This document shows positions 26,701 through 38,673 of a stretch of 64,000 bases of DNA, piece after piece. The notes under the pieces were generated by a model. That model did no database searches, was not told the origin of the DNA, and saw nothing but the letters and a program-made list of their open reading frames with translations. Positions within the stretch are counted from its first letter, which is position 1. Every line of letters begins with the position of its first letter. The stretch spans positions 4,774,001 through 4,838,000 of the forward strand of contig CP075493.1 in assembly GCA_021613535.1 (NCBI GenBank). Direction: 5' to 3'. The position numbers were made by a program, and so were the translations under genes. The DNA is from Adineta vaga. Taxonomy: Eukaryota > Animalia > Rotifera.

Positions 26701-28555
26701 TATGACATAATCGTTGACTATAATCACTCATTTCCATCATTTTAAGTAATTCATGAATTTGATTATCATCAACACGATTCTGTTTTGATCGAACACGTGC
26801 ATAAAATTCTAATTGTTCTCTCACTGTTAAATGTGAAAAAAGCATATCTTGTTGTGGACAATAACCAATACATGTTTGTAATTGATTTAAATTTTCATAT
26901 AAATCTTTATCATGAATTTCAATTGTACCACAATCACATGATAGTAAACCACACATCATTTCCATTGTCGTCGTCTTTCCTGCACCATTATGACCAATAA
27001 GACCATATATAATAGATTTTTCTAATTTAAATGAAACATGATCAACAGCTAATTGTTGTTCGCCACCTATTTGACCGTAAGTTTTCGTTAAATTATTAAT
27101 TCGGACAGTTGTATTCGCATCTGGTAATGTTTCTACCATTTGCATTGCAACACTTTCTCGTCTTTTCTGATGTTTTACTCGATTTCGTCGAATATAATCC
27201 AAAGGCCATGTCCATGGACGAGAAATACCATATTTTCCTGGACGAATTTGTTCAAGATAATATGCTAAAAGCCACATCAAACTTGTACCAATTAACATAC
27301 TAAACCAAATATAAATAATTTCACTAGTAAAATACGTTGAACGACCAAGACTCGTATTAATTCGAAAGAGAATCATTACTAAACGTTTAATAGAATAGAA
27401 TGGTAACCATGCTGAAGCAATTAAATGAAGAACGAATGGTAATCGTATGAATGATGAACATGCTAATATGAATGAAATACCATAAATAATCCATGACCAA
27501 AGAACTGCTTTTAAATTACTACTAAAAAAATGAGCAACTAAGACAGATCTTGAAAAAACTTGTATTGCCCATAAGAGAATTGTTGGAATAATTAACCAAA
27601 TTGAAACATATTGTAAATAAATACCACCATCGAAAGAAACTTTTAAGATTATGATTAGTAATATGTTGATGATTAATTGTACAGCAAAAATTCGTAGAAA
27701 CCAAGCAAGACTATTCAATATTGGACGTATTGAAATTAGACGAAGAAGTTCTGTCATGCCTTGATGTTTTTCTTCGATTAATTCATGAAATAATAGATTA
27801 AAACCATATAAAATACATCCATCAATAAGAATAAGTATAACAATTAAAACAAAGTTTGGTGCTAAATCAAAAAGAGTATCCGAAAAGTACGATGAACATG
27901 GCCATGTATAAATAGCTAAATGTTGTTGTTGTCGAGTTGGTGAAGATAAAAGAGATTGAAGAGTAAAATAAACTTTCAAAAATGCATTTGTTTCATCCAA
28001 ATTTTTATCGATACATAACGTTGCAGATGGATGAAGAATTTGTCGTGAATTATCTTCAGCTTCTAATTTACTTGTATTTCGACACCAACCTAAATTAGCA
28101 TATGAACATCGATAAGAAAGAATATCTCCTTGTGATGTTTTATTCAATATAAAATGATCATTATGTCGATTCGTTTGTGATGATAGCATAAAATGTACTC
28201 GGGAACATAGCTGTTTCAAACGGTTATATACGTTTTCATCAACGATTTCGATAAGTGCATCCGATGGTGGACATCGATATGTTGATGTGTAATTAAATAC
28301 ATGAACAGAACCAAGTTGTGTAGTATTTTCCGATGGTTTAAGTGTAATATGAGCAGGTTTAGTTTCGACAGATGGTGATAATTGACTATTGGTTGGTGAA
28401 GGTGTATGCATCCATCGAAGAAGAATTAAGAATAGAAGACATATTATTGGAATAATTAATTCAAAGATAACTTTTGGACAACAGCGACATGCACGACGAC
28501 GCCATGCGTAACGAAGAGATTTTTGAATTAGTAATCGAAGATGATAAAGGAGCAT
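23718..28555 (-). CDS. ABC transporter subfamily A (full transporter, TMD-NBD-TMD-NBD)
   Basis: NBD1: GHNGAGKTT, GYCPQ, LSGGMQRKL, IILDEP, SSHLLDE. NBD2: GFNGSGKTT, GYCPQ, LSGGTRRRL, LLLDEPT, ASHSMLECE. ABCA motifs PGKYGISRPW and TLDDIF/SLEHIF. Four short introns. Confidence 0.93.
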
Positions 28556-28965
28556 TTTCAAAACTTTCGATTGTTGTAACCAAATGGGTAATTACTTTCT
28601 TCCTTTCTTCTTCTTTGCATCGATTGCCTAATGAAGAAGGAAAAGGAAGAAGAATATAGGGAAATATGATATATTCTTTCATGGTAAATGAATTAACGAA
28701 TGAACATAAACTTTACTGTGAGGGCAGCACATATCGATGTCTATTCTAAAAGCGTGTGTACATTTTCTAATAAGAAAAATTAGATGCAGAAATAGTGCAA
28801 GCATACACATTATATTATACTATGAGATTTGATAGAACGATATTCAAATCTTATTTTATATTATTATACATCTTATTTATAGAATCTGTTCTTTTCTAAG
28901 TACAGAAAAATCATTTATTTATGACAAAAATTGAAAAAATATACTATAAGAAGAAAAGAATTGAA

Positions 28966-30357
28966 TTACATGAAATTTTGTCTACTTAAATATCGATGAA
29001 ATTCTTTAATTAATGATACTGAACAAGGTTCATCAATGGGTGTTACAATACATGCATTATCAAACCATTTAAAACCTTTTTCAACTAACTCTCTTCCTTC
29101 ATCCATTGTTTTCGAATAAGTAATCAAACGGCATGCACTATTAATAGAATTAGCATCATATTTATCATATATTGTTGGTTTGTCTATATTGGCTAATGGT
29201 ATATATGTTAAATCTCGTAATGGACATTCTCGTGGTATATACATAAGTTTACCGGGTTTACGTGGAATAACAAGATCAGTAATAACTCTATCTTCATGTT
29301 CTTGTTCTGTTGATAGAAGAGATATTGGTAATGAGATACTTGCTCGAAAATCTAATCGAGCAAATGAATCATTTTCATAATGTTCAAATGATAAAAGATC
29401 AATAAGATGTGTAATGGAGCCACCAGGTGCACGTGCTGCTATTTCACATAATACAAAATCATTATTAGATGTTCGATTTTCATCAAGATTTTCATATAAT
29501 TCTAAATGAAATATTAAACAATCAGTGGGTGTTGGTAAAATATCTAGAAGACGTTGTGCTGCATTGTTTAAACGATTAAATAATGGATCTGATCGTGGTA
29601 CTGATGAATTTCCGTAAGCCATTCCATTTTTAGCAAATTCAAAACATGTATGAAGATATGCAAATGGCCATACATGAGTAATTTGACCATTTATAGCGAT
29701 ACCATTGACATGATACATACGTCCACGCATAAATCCTTCGACCATTAATTCACCAACTAAATCCATTCGTTGATTAACGTCAATACAGGAGAAAAGTTTT
29801 GATGAAAGAAATGATTGTAATTCATCTTCATTGGAAATTAAATGTAGACCAGCAACAGCACAACCAAGAGTAGGTTTTACAATGACTGGGTAACCATGTT
29901 TTTCAATAAAACAAATAAGATCAATAGGTGCTAATAAACGAGTAAATGATGGAACAGGAAAACCACCTTCTGAAGCAAGTTCTTTCATATGAACTTTTTC
30001 ACGATAAGCTTTTACTTGATTAGCAGATAGACCAGTTTTTATATTTAAAATAGTACGCAAATGTGCAGCTCGTATAATTAAATCTTCGTTTTTTGTATAA
30101 ATATGAGTAAATGTATATTGTCGATGCATATGAAATGCCCATAATTCAAGTACACCATCCGTAGTTGGATGTGGAACTTCTTTATAAGCTTTTACTCGTG
30201 AAGACGATTTATCTTTTTCAGATAATGCATCTGTACTTGTAAAAATATATAAATCAACATTATTATCATCATCATCGAGAAAATCTGTCCATGAATGTTC
30301 AGCAATAATAGAAGTTATTTGACCATCATCCAAAATTAAAATACGTTTTTCAGCCAT
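28966..30357 (-). CDS. ATP-grasp carboxylate-amine ligase (NikS-like / L-amino-acid ligase-like), candidate horizontal acquisition
   Basis: Intronless CDS from MAEKRILILDDG. Motifs YREKVHMKE, GYPVIVKPTLG, MVEGFMRGRMYHVNG, IFHLEL, LCEIAARAPGG. Confidence 0.8.
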   Translation of the reverse strand: MAEKRILILDDGQITSIIAEHSWTDFLDDDDNNVDLYIFTSTDALSEKDKSSSRVKAYKEVPHPTTDGVLELWAFHMHRQYTFTHIYTKNEDLIIRAAHLRTILNIKTGLSANQVKAYREKVHMKELASEGGFPVPSFTRLLAPIDLICFIEKHGYPVIVKPTLGCAVAGLHLISNEDELQSFLSSKLFSCIDVNQRMDLVGELMVEGFMRGRMYHVNGIAINGQITHVWPFAYLHTCFEFAKNGMAYGNSSVPRSDPLFNRLNNAAQRLLDILPTPTDCLIFHLELYENLDENRTSNNDFVLCEIAARAPGGSITHLIDLLSFEHYENDSFARLDFRASISLPISLLSTEQEHEDRVITDLVIPRKPGKLMYIPRECPLRDLTYIPLANIDKPTIYDKYDANSINSACRLITYSKTMDEGRELVEKGFKWFDNACIVTPIDEPCSVSLIKEFHRYLSRQNFM

Positions 30358-30993
30358 ATCGTTTTCTTTGTACGATAAACTTAAAAGAAATCGAATAGAA
30401 TGAGTATATTTGTTCGTTTCAATAAGAAAAATAGCATAGAGTATGAAAAACAATACTTACGTAATGTCTATTTTCAAATAAATAGTAACTTTCTTTACAC
30501 GAACAGTCGAATTCACGTGCACGTTTGAAATGAAAAGAAAAACAACAATTTATACAACGAATCGATAGTTATGTGAACGAATCAGCGGACTAGAAACAAA
30601 TATCACAATAACATATAGCTAGACTGTTGTTAAATATACTGAATATCATTGTTGTCTTTCTCTTCTACATATTCCCTGGATAGATATATAATCATCCTAT
30701 GCTATTAAGTATACTATCGAAACGTAACACAATGTTATAATAATAATTTGGTCTCGCCTCTTTCTATTTCTATTTGAGCGTTTAACCTTGAAATTGCATG
30801 ATTGATATATTCTTTTAACAAAATTAGATGTTTGTTCTCTATTATATGACTTTGACCGACATAGTATCAAGAAAAAAAAGATCGTGAGAAAACAATAGTA
30901 ATAATTTTCACTTTGTTTTTCGCATAGCTTTATTCTGTGAAAGATTAAAGAATGAATATCAAAATTGATGAATTAAAAGGAAGAAAGATAATG

Positions 30994-32444
30994 TCATTTG
31001 ATAGGTTCACGTACATGTATGTGTAATTGATGATGTTGATGATGATGATGAACATTAAGTTGAGGTTCAAATCCTAGACGATTGAAAACTTTTCTTTTAA
31101 TTGCAAATAAATCATCTTGCATTAATTTAAAACACATAGCAGTAAGAACTAGTCCGAAGAGAAGATATAATGCACATAAAATTGATTTGCCATTTTTATT
31201 TTCAGTTAAAGTGCCTTTGCCAGGTACTAGATCGCCGAGACCAATGGTCGTAAATGTAATAAATGAAAAATAAGCACCATCAACATAGGACCAACCTTCC
31301 CAATGAGAAAATAATACTGCACCTGCTATGATATATAAGGCAAGTACGCCAAGTGTAGCTGCGATTGGTACATGTTGTACATATTCAGTTTGATTCTAAA
31401 AAAAACCAATAAATACATTCTTCTTTTTTTTTGTGTAAATAAAATTCGTATTTAAACAAACTTGATGATATAATTTTGAACGTCGTCGTTTAAGCACTCG
31501 TTGAATAAAATTAATAGTTAAAGAATAATATTTAATAAAGAAAAAAGCTAATAAATCGCCTGTATTTGTTAAACACATAATCATAATAGGTATTCCAAAC
31601 ATTGCATAGATACATGTCATAATTTTGCCTAAAATTGATTTCGGTGCTATATGTCCATAGCCAACTGTTGTTATAACTGTTGCTGAATATAACATAGCTG
31701 TTGAAAATGTCCATTTTTGATTATATGAAGCTTCTGCTCGTGCATCATGTTTATCAGATAATTTTTCCTGTTCAGCTTGCATTCTTGCTAATTCATCATC
31801 AATTAATTTATCGAATCGTTCACTATCAACATGTACACGCCATCCAGTATCATCATAACCATCTTGACGAGACATCATACCACGCCAAAGTGCATAACGT
31901 AATTCAAAGGATGCATTCAACATCCAATTAAATTCATCTGTAGCTATGAAACGAATATTACGAATACCACGAGAATGTTCCAATTTGATTTGTTCATTTT
32001 TACGTAGTTCATGTTTTGATTCAATTGTATAGAAAATAAAACCACCAAGAGCAACATAAACGAAAACCAATAAGGATAGACCAAGTTGAGAGAAAAAGAA
32101 ATGAGAAAAAATATGGCAAAAATCATTTCGAAATTGTTTCCATGAACAGCATTGACAACAATAATTCACAATTATGTTATGATAAGAAGTAGTCGACGGA
32201 GGTATTACAGTATCTAATTGTTCTATTATAGGTATTGGAATATCACCGTTTTCGTCAAATGAAACTAAAGGTGCTAGACTTGATTGCGTTGGTAAAGATG
32301 GTAGAGTGTGCGTTTCATTAGCCTTAGATGACAACTAAAAATAGAAAGAAATTTTAGTTGAAAAAAATAGTTTAGTAATAATCTCACAGGTGTTCTAATT
32401 ACAGTTCTATAGTTGGAATAACTACGGCGAGCTGCATAATTCAT
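30994..32444 (-). CDS. Two-pore-domain (K2P/TWiK family) potassium channel
   Basis: M1 YVALGGFIFYTIE, pore 1 WTFSTAMLYSATVITTVGYGHIAP, M2 YAMFGIP, pore 2 WEGWSYVDGAYFSFITFTTIGLGDLVPG, M4 YLLFGLVLTAMCFKLMQD. Confidence 0.93.
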
Positions 32445-33637
32445 ATTTATTTTATTCTTCACTCACATACAACTTCTCAATATGACACAATACTTTTCTG
32501 CTTCTTTCTTCCTCTTTTAGCATTATTGATTTCCCCTAAGGTATAGATCGATCAATCTATCACAGATCTGATTGCATATCTCTACCTGTTTGTCATTGTT
32601 ATTATTATCATCAATAATACTGATTCCAATACGATTGATAGATGCTTTCCACATAATTATTTGTTCACAAATTCAAGTATGCTACACGTATGAATGAACG
32701 ACAAACAGTGTATTGACACGTTCAATTGTTGTCTCTCTTTCCTAAGTAGCGCTTTCCGACCATGAGTAGTAGGAAACGACGACAAACGGCATGTTTGCAC
32801 TTCCGGCTATACCATTGCGTTATGTTACTTATGTCAACTACGGATCGCATGTGTGTGTAAATTGTTGGTAGTACGGATCGTTATCGTTTATATTGTAATG
32901 AATAAATACAGACAAAAACACCTGTTCTTCTTTTAATAATTAACAGATTACCTTTCCATAAGATGAAGAAATGATATGTTTGAACTTTCTCGGTGTTCTT
33001 TATTAGTTTTAATGAAAATAAAACAATGATTAGACGACATACTATCTTTCCATATATGTTTTTTTGACAAATTTTGTTGCTATTTCGTTTACATGCAATG
33101 GTAATTAAGTTATATGTTTTTATATTTCGATAGTAAAAAACACAAGGACAAGAAAAAAAATCAACAACATAATACTCATCACGTTCTTCATGCTTTTTCT
33201 CGCATGGAATGCGCTGTTACTGAAATGTAATTGAATTCTTCAAATGAAAGATTATTGATTCAACTTTTTTTCCTATGTTATTAAATTTATTTCATAATTC
33301 ATCATTTTTGCTGATCAGAAGTTGTAACAAGACCATGTTCAACTATTCTTTTACTTTAATTCAATAATATGACTCACTCGATAGATGTATTTTGTTGTTT
33401 GTTAATGCTAGAACTCGTCAACAACGACGAGCTATATGCGTACAAATTTTGGACATTAAACCATTCTTGCTATCAACTATATATATATGGATTTTACTTT
33501 TCTTATTGTACGCTTATCTATATTACATGCGTTCTTTTTCTTCGTACTTAATTTCATCGCTTTCTCTTTCTTTCGTTTTCCTGTCATTTGAATCATTGTC
33601 AGTGAAGTGAAGCGTTACGAAATAAAATCGAAAAAAA

Positions 33638-34198
33638 ATGACGGCGCATCTGATCATAGCAATCTGTGGTGCATTTACTTTTCTCATTCCATTAATTCAA
33701 CTTTCTATAGGATTCAATTATATTGTTAAAGATGGAACCGATGCTGGTACTGTATGTCGTGCAGCATCTGACTTACCATTACTTTTGGCTATTGGTGGTA
33801 TATTTTCACTGTTCTTCTTAGGTTCAGCTTATGGTTTTTTAAAAATGATTTCATCAGTCGATAAACAACTAAGTGATGTTGCTGGTAAAGCACCGAAAAT
33901 TCTTATTGGTATGGTTAGTTTTATGTTCGGTTCTATTACATTGATCTTTTTTATACTAATTCAAATGCGAGTATATGGATCGTATTCCAATGGTGTTGAA
34001 TTTGATAATCAATTAGCAACAAATTATTGTCGAGCAACTGTAATGCGTGGTGCTTTAGCAATGATTATTCTTACGTATATAACTGTAATTATTTTTATTG
34101 GTATAGTTGTCTTTGTTTTGGTTAAAACTCAAATTAAATGGCAAGAAAAGAAACAAACAGATATGGAAATGATGACAACCACAACCACAAATCATTGA
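33638..34198 (+). CDS. Four-TM membrane protein, TMEM272-like
   Basis: Four hydrophobic helices with the pattern IG..Y...C.....P..L..GG and VYG......YC. Confidence 0.6.
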   Translation: MTAHLIIAICGAFTFLIPLIQLSIGFNYIVKDGTDAGTVCRAASDLPLLLAIGGIFSLFFLGSAYGFLKMISSVDKQLSDVAGKAPKILIGMVSFMFGSITLIFFILIQMRVYGSYSNGVEFDNQLATNYCRATVMRGALAMIILTYITVIIFIGIVVFVLVKTQIKWQEKKQTDMEMMTTTTTNH

Positions 34199-34401
34199 TA
34201 TGCAAAAACAGATTTCTAATTTTTTTTCATTATAATTCTCAAATAAATCACTATAGATCATGAGTGTTTCCTTATATATGTCTAATATTCATACGACCTC
34301 AGGTATTGTTCATCATCAAATCGGTTGTGTTTCGTTTACATTAAATTTTTATTGTTTTTTTATACTAATGCCATCGAAAATAATATATCTATATAAGAAT
34401 A

Positions 34402-35482
34402 TCATATTTTTGGGGAAGTAAGACTATATGAAACTGGACTTGCTGATCTTTTTTTATATCGAACCCATAAAATAATACCCACAACAATTGCCAACAGACA
34501 TTCTACAGCCAATACAACAATAAGTGCAATTGTACCTGCACCAAGTTTGTTATTTTTATCGGATGGTTTCTGTGGACGTTTCGAAGCTAATTGATTAAGT
34601 ATTACACCAAGTCGACGACCACCTTCAGCTAATCGTTGTTCAATTACAGATATACTACGATTGTAATAAATTTCACCTAATGTGAAATTAGCCGAAGCAT
34701 TCATCGTATTATTATATTCATCAACATAGATTTGTGAACAAACAACTTTGACATTATTTTGTATCCATACATCAATATTATTATCATCTTTTCCTGGTGT
34801 TTGTTCAAGCATTAATTTATGAATATAATCATAATAGAGAGATGTATTGGAATGAAAATCACGTCGAAGACGAGTTGTTAACAAACCACTATCCCATAAT
34901 GAATGAAGATTTGTTAGATATGATCCTCCCATATAATGACCTATACAAGAATATATATTTTCTTATTTTTTAACTGCAAATCTCTACTTAACCTTTAACA
35001 CTATTTCCACCACGATCACTAACAAAACCTGTATGCAATGGTTGATGAATATCTCCAGTAAAATGTATTAAAAAATACAATGCTTCTTTTTGTTGAATTT
35101 CATCCCATTCAGTTTCTAATCGTTTCGTATAATTTCGTATTGCACCTGCAACACATACTTCATTGACACAATCTCTTTCTGGTTTATATTCACAATTCCA
35201 ATCAGGTACATTAATATAATGTAATGGTCGAGACCATTGCCAGTTTCCATAACCAGTTGGATTTGCGTCTGAATAGAGTATATCATCTGCCCAAGACGCC
35301 ATCGCACTTAAATTTCTCTGCCAATGCCATGGAATAAGAGGATCAACCCATTTTGAACCTTCAGTACTCAATTGACTTTGAGCAAGACGTACGATTATAC
35401 TATGACCAACAGGTCCCCAACCATGTACAACCAAGTATATTTTCACGAAGAAAACTAAGAACAACCATGATCCTGTGGACAT
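34402..35482 (-). CDS. S1/P1 family Zn nuclease with signal peptide and C-terminal TM anchor
   Basis: WGPVGH mature N-terminus, WADDI, LHYIN, FLIHFTGDIHQPLH, DRGGN, NLHSLWDSG, RLAEGGRRLG. TM IALIVVLAVECLLAIVVGIILW followed by RYKKR. One intron at about 34941-34991. Confidence 0.92.
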
Positions 35483-36351
35483 TTTTTTTGTCTAATCTTG
35501 TTCTTTATCACAATGACAAGAAAACAAAAGTGTATTTAAATGATAAAATAACAAAATAAGAATAACAAAATGAAAGGTAGAGAAAAGAAGATATATCACG
35601 TCATCTTAACATTTTGTTTGAAAAAAAATATTTGAATAACTTATCTATAGATTCAGAATAGATACGATCAATAAAAATAACGACGTTATATATCTGATAA
35701 GTCAATAATTAATCTTCTAAACTTCGAATAATTCTTTTTTTTTTATCAAACTTGATAATAGAATAATACCAATTGCAGTATCGATGGAGTGTCCATACCT
35801 TCAATCTATCTATCAGTAAGTGTTATTTACAGTCATATTTAATCTATATAAAGATCTTTTACAATTCACTCGTACTTTTTTTAGATGATTTATGATTATA
35901 AAAATATGTGATCTTTTTCTTGACGATTTTTTACAGTATTTTATTTTGATCGACAAACTATGTAATTGCAACAATAAGAATGATTTCTATAAAGCAAAAT
36001 AATATCTGTTCTATAAAATGAAAACAACGACATTTTATTCAATACATATATTACGTTGTCAATATTCAATCCTCTTTCAAACATGAATACATATCGCAGA
36101 TCTATTTATATTGAATAGTTACATGAATATGCTTCTATTAATCACTCTCTAGACGAAATATCAATGGACTTTTTCTTTTTCTTTTCTGTTCTTTTCCCTT
36201 CTGTGGACATACATAAAAATACACGCGTACTTTCATTGCTTCAAGGCTGCTGTCGACTTCTGACTAAAAGTTGAAAAAAAAAGTAGGCGAATAACGATTA
36301 TAATATAATCATTTTTCTGTTTTTCTCTGTTCGAAACGAGAGAAGAAAAAT

Positions 36352-38334
36352 ATGTTTGAAATACATCTATCGGGTGAAAATCTTTCATCTTCATCTGTTT
36401 TACCATCCTCAGATACCAATAATGATATTCATGTTATTTTAAGTACGAATCGTACAGCAAAAATTATTTCATCTCTTTGGACTTCTATATTTACTGATGA
36501 TCGTTTACGTTGCCTTTCATTAATTAATCTTCAATTATATCAAAGTGATGCTCGTGTTATTGCAGAATATTTACGTGAACAGAATTATTTGATTGAATTT
36601 ACATTAGATGCTGTTTCTCAATCTGTTTATTCATTTGATCATATACTTAATGAAGGATTACAAAAGAATCGAAGTATACAAAGATTAACTTTATCAAATT
36701 TAGAAAATGTCGATGCAGCAACTATTGCTAGTCTTATACAACATAATGATAGGATTAAATTTTTATCTTTAACACATAATAATATTTCACCTGATGGAGG
36801 TGCACTTATTGCTGATGCACTTCGATCAAATTCAACTTTAATTTCACTCGATTTAAGTCATAACCGAATGGGTAAAAAAGGAGAAATAGAATTTACAAAT
36901 ATACTTCATAGTTCACATCCAAGTTTAACACAAATTCATTTGAATGATAACGATACAAATGATGAAAGTCTACCGATAACAGGTCAATGTTCTGATACAA
37001 CATCATCACCAGAAAGAGAACCCATGATAATAGAAACTAAACCAATGATTACCGATGAAGAATCAACACAAGTGAAAAGCAAATATCAGTTTCTTTCAAC
37101 GCTTCTTGTTACATTTCTATTCTTTCTTTGGGGAATACCAAATCAATTGAATGATGTTTTAATTCGACAATTCTCGAAAGCATTCGTTCTATCTCGTTTT
37201 GAAGCAGGTCTCGTTCAATCAGCATTCTATATTGGATATTTTACTTGGGCTTTACCAGCTGCGTATGTTATTCGTCGTTGGGGTTATAAAACAGGTATTC
37301 TTCTTGGTTTAACTCTGTTCGGATTGGGTGCATGTCTTTTCTGGCCAGCAGCTCTTATTGGACAATATACACCTTTTTTAATTGCACTTTTTATTATTGC
37401 AACTGGTTTAGCTTTTCTTGAAACAGCAGCAAATCCATTCATTGCAAATGTTGCTGGACCAGCACATTCATCCGAAAAACGACTCAATATTGCTCAAGCA
37501 TTTAATCCATTAGGTGCGATTACAGGTGCATTAGTTGGAACATTATTTATCTTTTCTGGTATTGAATTAAACGACGAAGAAATAAAAAAATTACAATCAA
37601 ATAAAACGTATGATGCTTATTTAAAACAAGAAACATTACGCGTTGTCAAACCTTACGTAATTCTGGGTGGCATAACATTCGTATGGGGTTTATTGATTGC
37701 TTTAGTACCATTTCCAGCGAATACAAAAACGACAAAAGAAAAAGCGAATGAAAATAATTCACTTTGTCGACCATTATTTCTATCATCAATTATTGCACAA
37801 TTTGCCTATGTTGGAGCACAAGTTGGTACTTGGTCATATATTATACAATATGCTCAAGATTATGTGAAAGTTGAAGAAAAATTAGGTGGTTATTTATTAA
37901 CAGGAACATTAGTTATGTTTGCAGTTGGTCGTCTAATATCGGCCTTACTTATGCATTTTGGATTTTCACCACCGATACTTCTAGCTTTTTTTTCATTGAT
38001 TAATGTTTTACTTATTGCTATTGCAATTCTTGTACCAAACTCGATTGGCTTTGGTGCATTATTTTTTACATCATTCTTTATGTCATTGATGTTTCCAACG
38101 ATATTTGCCTTGGGAATCAAAGGTATGAGTGGACATACAGCAAAATTAGCTGGTTGTCTTATTGTTATGGCAATTATTGGTGGAGCTGTTATGACACCAT
38201 TGATGGGTTTAATTGCAGTCAAAACTGGACGTCTTTCTTTGGCATATACAGTTCCAGGTGGAGCATATCTGTTGATTGCAATCTATGCACTTTTGGCTTA
38301 TGTATTGACAACAGAACGAAATACGAACTCTTAG
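36352..38334 (+). CDS. Fusion protein: N-terminal RNI-like leucine-rich repeats plus L-fucose:H+ symporter FucP-family MFS permease
   Basis: Single intronless 660-aa ORF. Residues ~50-200 carry 28-aa LRRs (IKFLSLTHNNISPDGGALIADALRSNSTLISLDLSHNRMG). Residues ~245-655 carry FucP motifs: LFFLWG..NQLNDVLIRQF, LVQSAFYIGYF, GYKTGILLGL, FLETAANP, RLNIAQAFNPLG, AQFAYVGAQVGTWS, FMSLMFPTIFALG, VMAIIGGA. Confidence 0.9.
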   Translation: MFEIHLSGENLSSSSVLPSSDTNNDIHVILSTNRTAKIISSLWTSIFTDDRLRCLSLINLQLYQSDARVIAEYLREQNYLIEFTLDAVSQSVYSFDHILNEGLQKNRSIQRLTLSNLENVDAATIASLIQHNDRIKFLSLTHNNISPDGGALIADALRSNSTLISLDLSHNRMGKKGEIEFTNILHSSHPSLTQIHLNDNDTNDESLPITGQCSDTTSSPEREPMIIETKPMITDEESTQVKSKYQFLSTLLVTFLFFLWGIPNQLNDVLIRQFSKAFVLSRFEAGLVQSAFYIGYFTWALPAAYVIRRWGYKTGILLGLTLFGLGACLFWPAALIGQYTPFLIALFIIATGLAFLETAANPFIANVAGPAHSSEKRLNIAQAFNPLGAITGALVGTLFIFSGIELNDEEIKKLQSNKTYDAYLKQETLRVVKPYVILGGITFVWGLLIALVPFPANTKTTKEKANENNSLCRPLFLSSIIAQFAYVGAQVGTWSYIIQYAQDYVKVEEKLGGYLLTGTLVMFAVGRLISALLMHFGFSPPILLAFFSLINVLLIAIAILVPNSIGFGALFFTSFFMSLMFPTIFALGIKGMSGHTAKLAGCLIVMAIIGGAVMTPLMGLIAVKTGRLSLAYTVPGGAYLLIAIYALLAYVLTTERNTNS

Positions 38335-38566
38335 ATAATGTATAATGTGATTCTGTCTCTCTTTTTGTGTTTTTCTCATGAATGAAAATGAATATAGTAC
38401 AAACAAAAGCTGTTTTTTTTAATAACAGACAAAAAGTTAAATTGATAGAAGTGAAGTGACATCTATGTTCAATGTCTACTATACACAGATGTGATGAATG
38501 ATTTTCCGATTGGTTCGTTATTGAAACATTTTCACCTTACCGTCTTTCTGTATGTCTATCTGGTCT

Positions 38567-38575
38567 GTCACGTCA
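38567..38575 (+). promoter_or_regulatory. GTCACGTCA motif about 100 nt upstream of the SLC25A11 start
   Basis: Recurrent upstream motif (see findings). Confidence 0.35.
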
Positions 38576-38673
38576 CTGTCTCGTGGACCTAGTGCACTAT
38601 GAAATGAATAAGTGAATTATGACCTTTTTTCTTATAAGTTTTAGCAATTATAGTGAAAAAAAAAGAGCAGATC

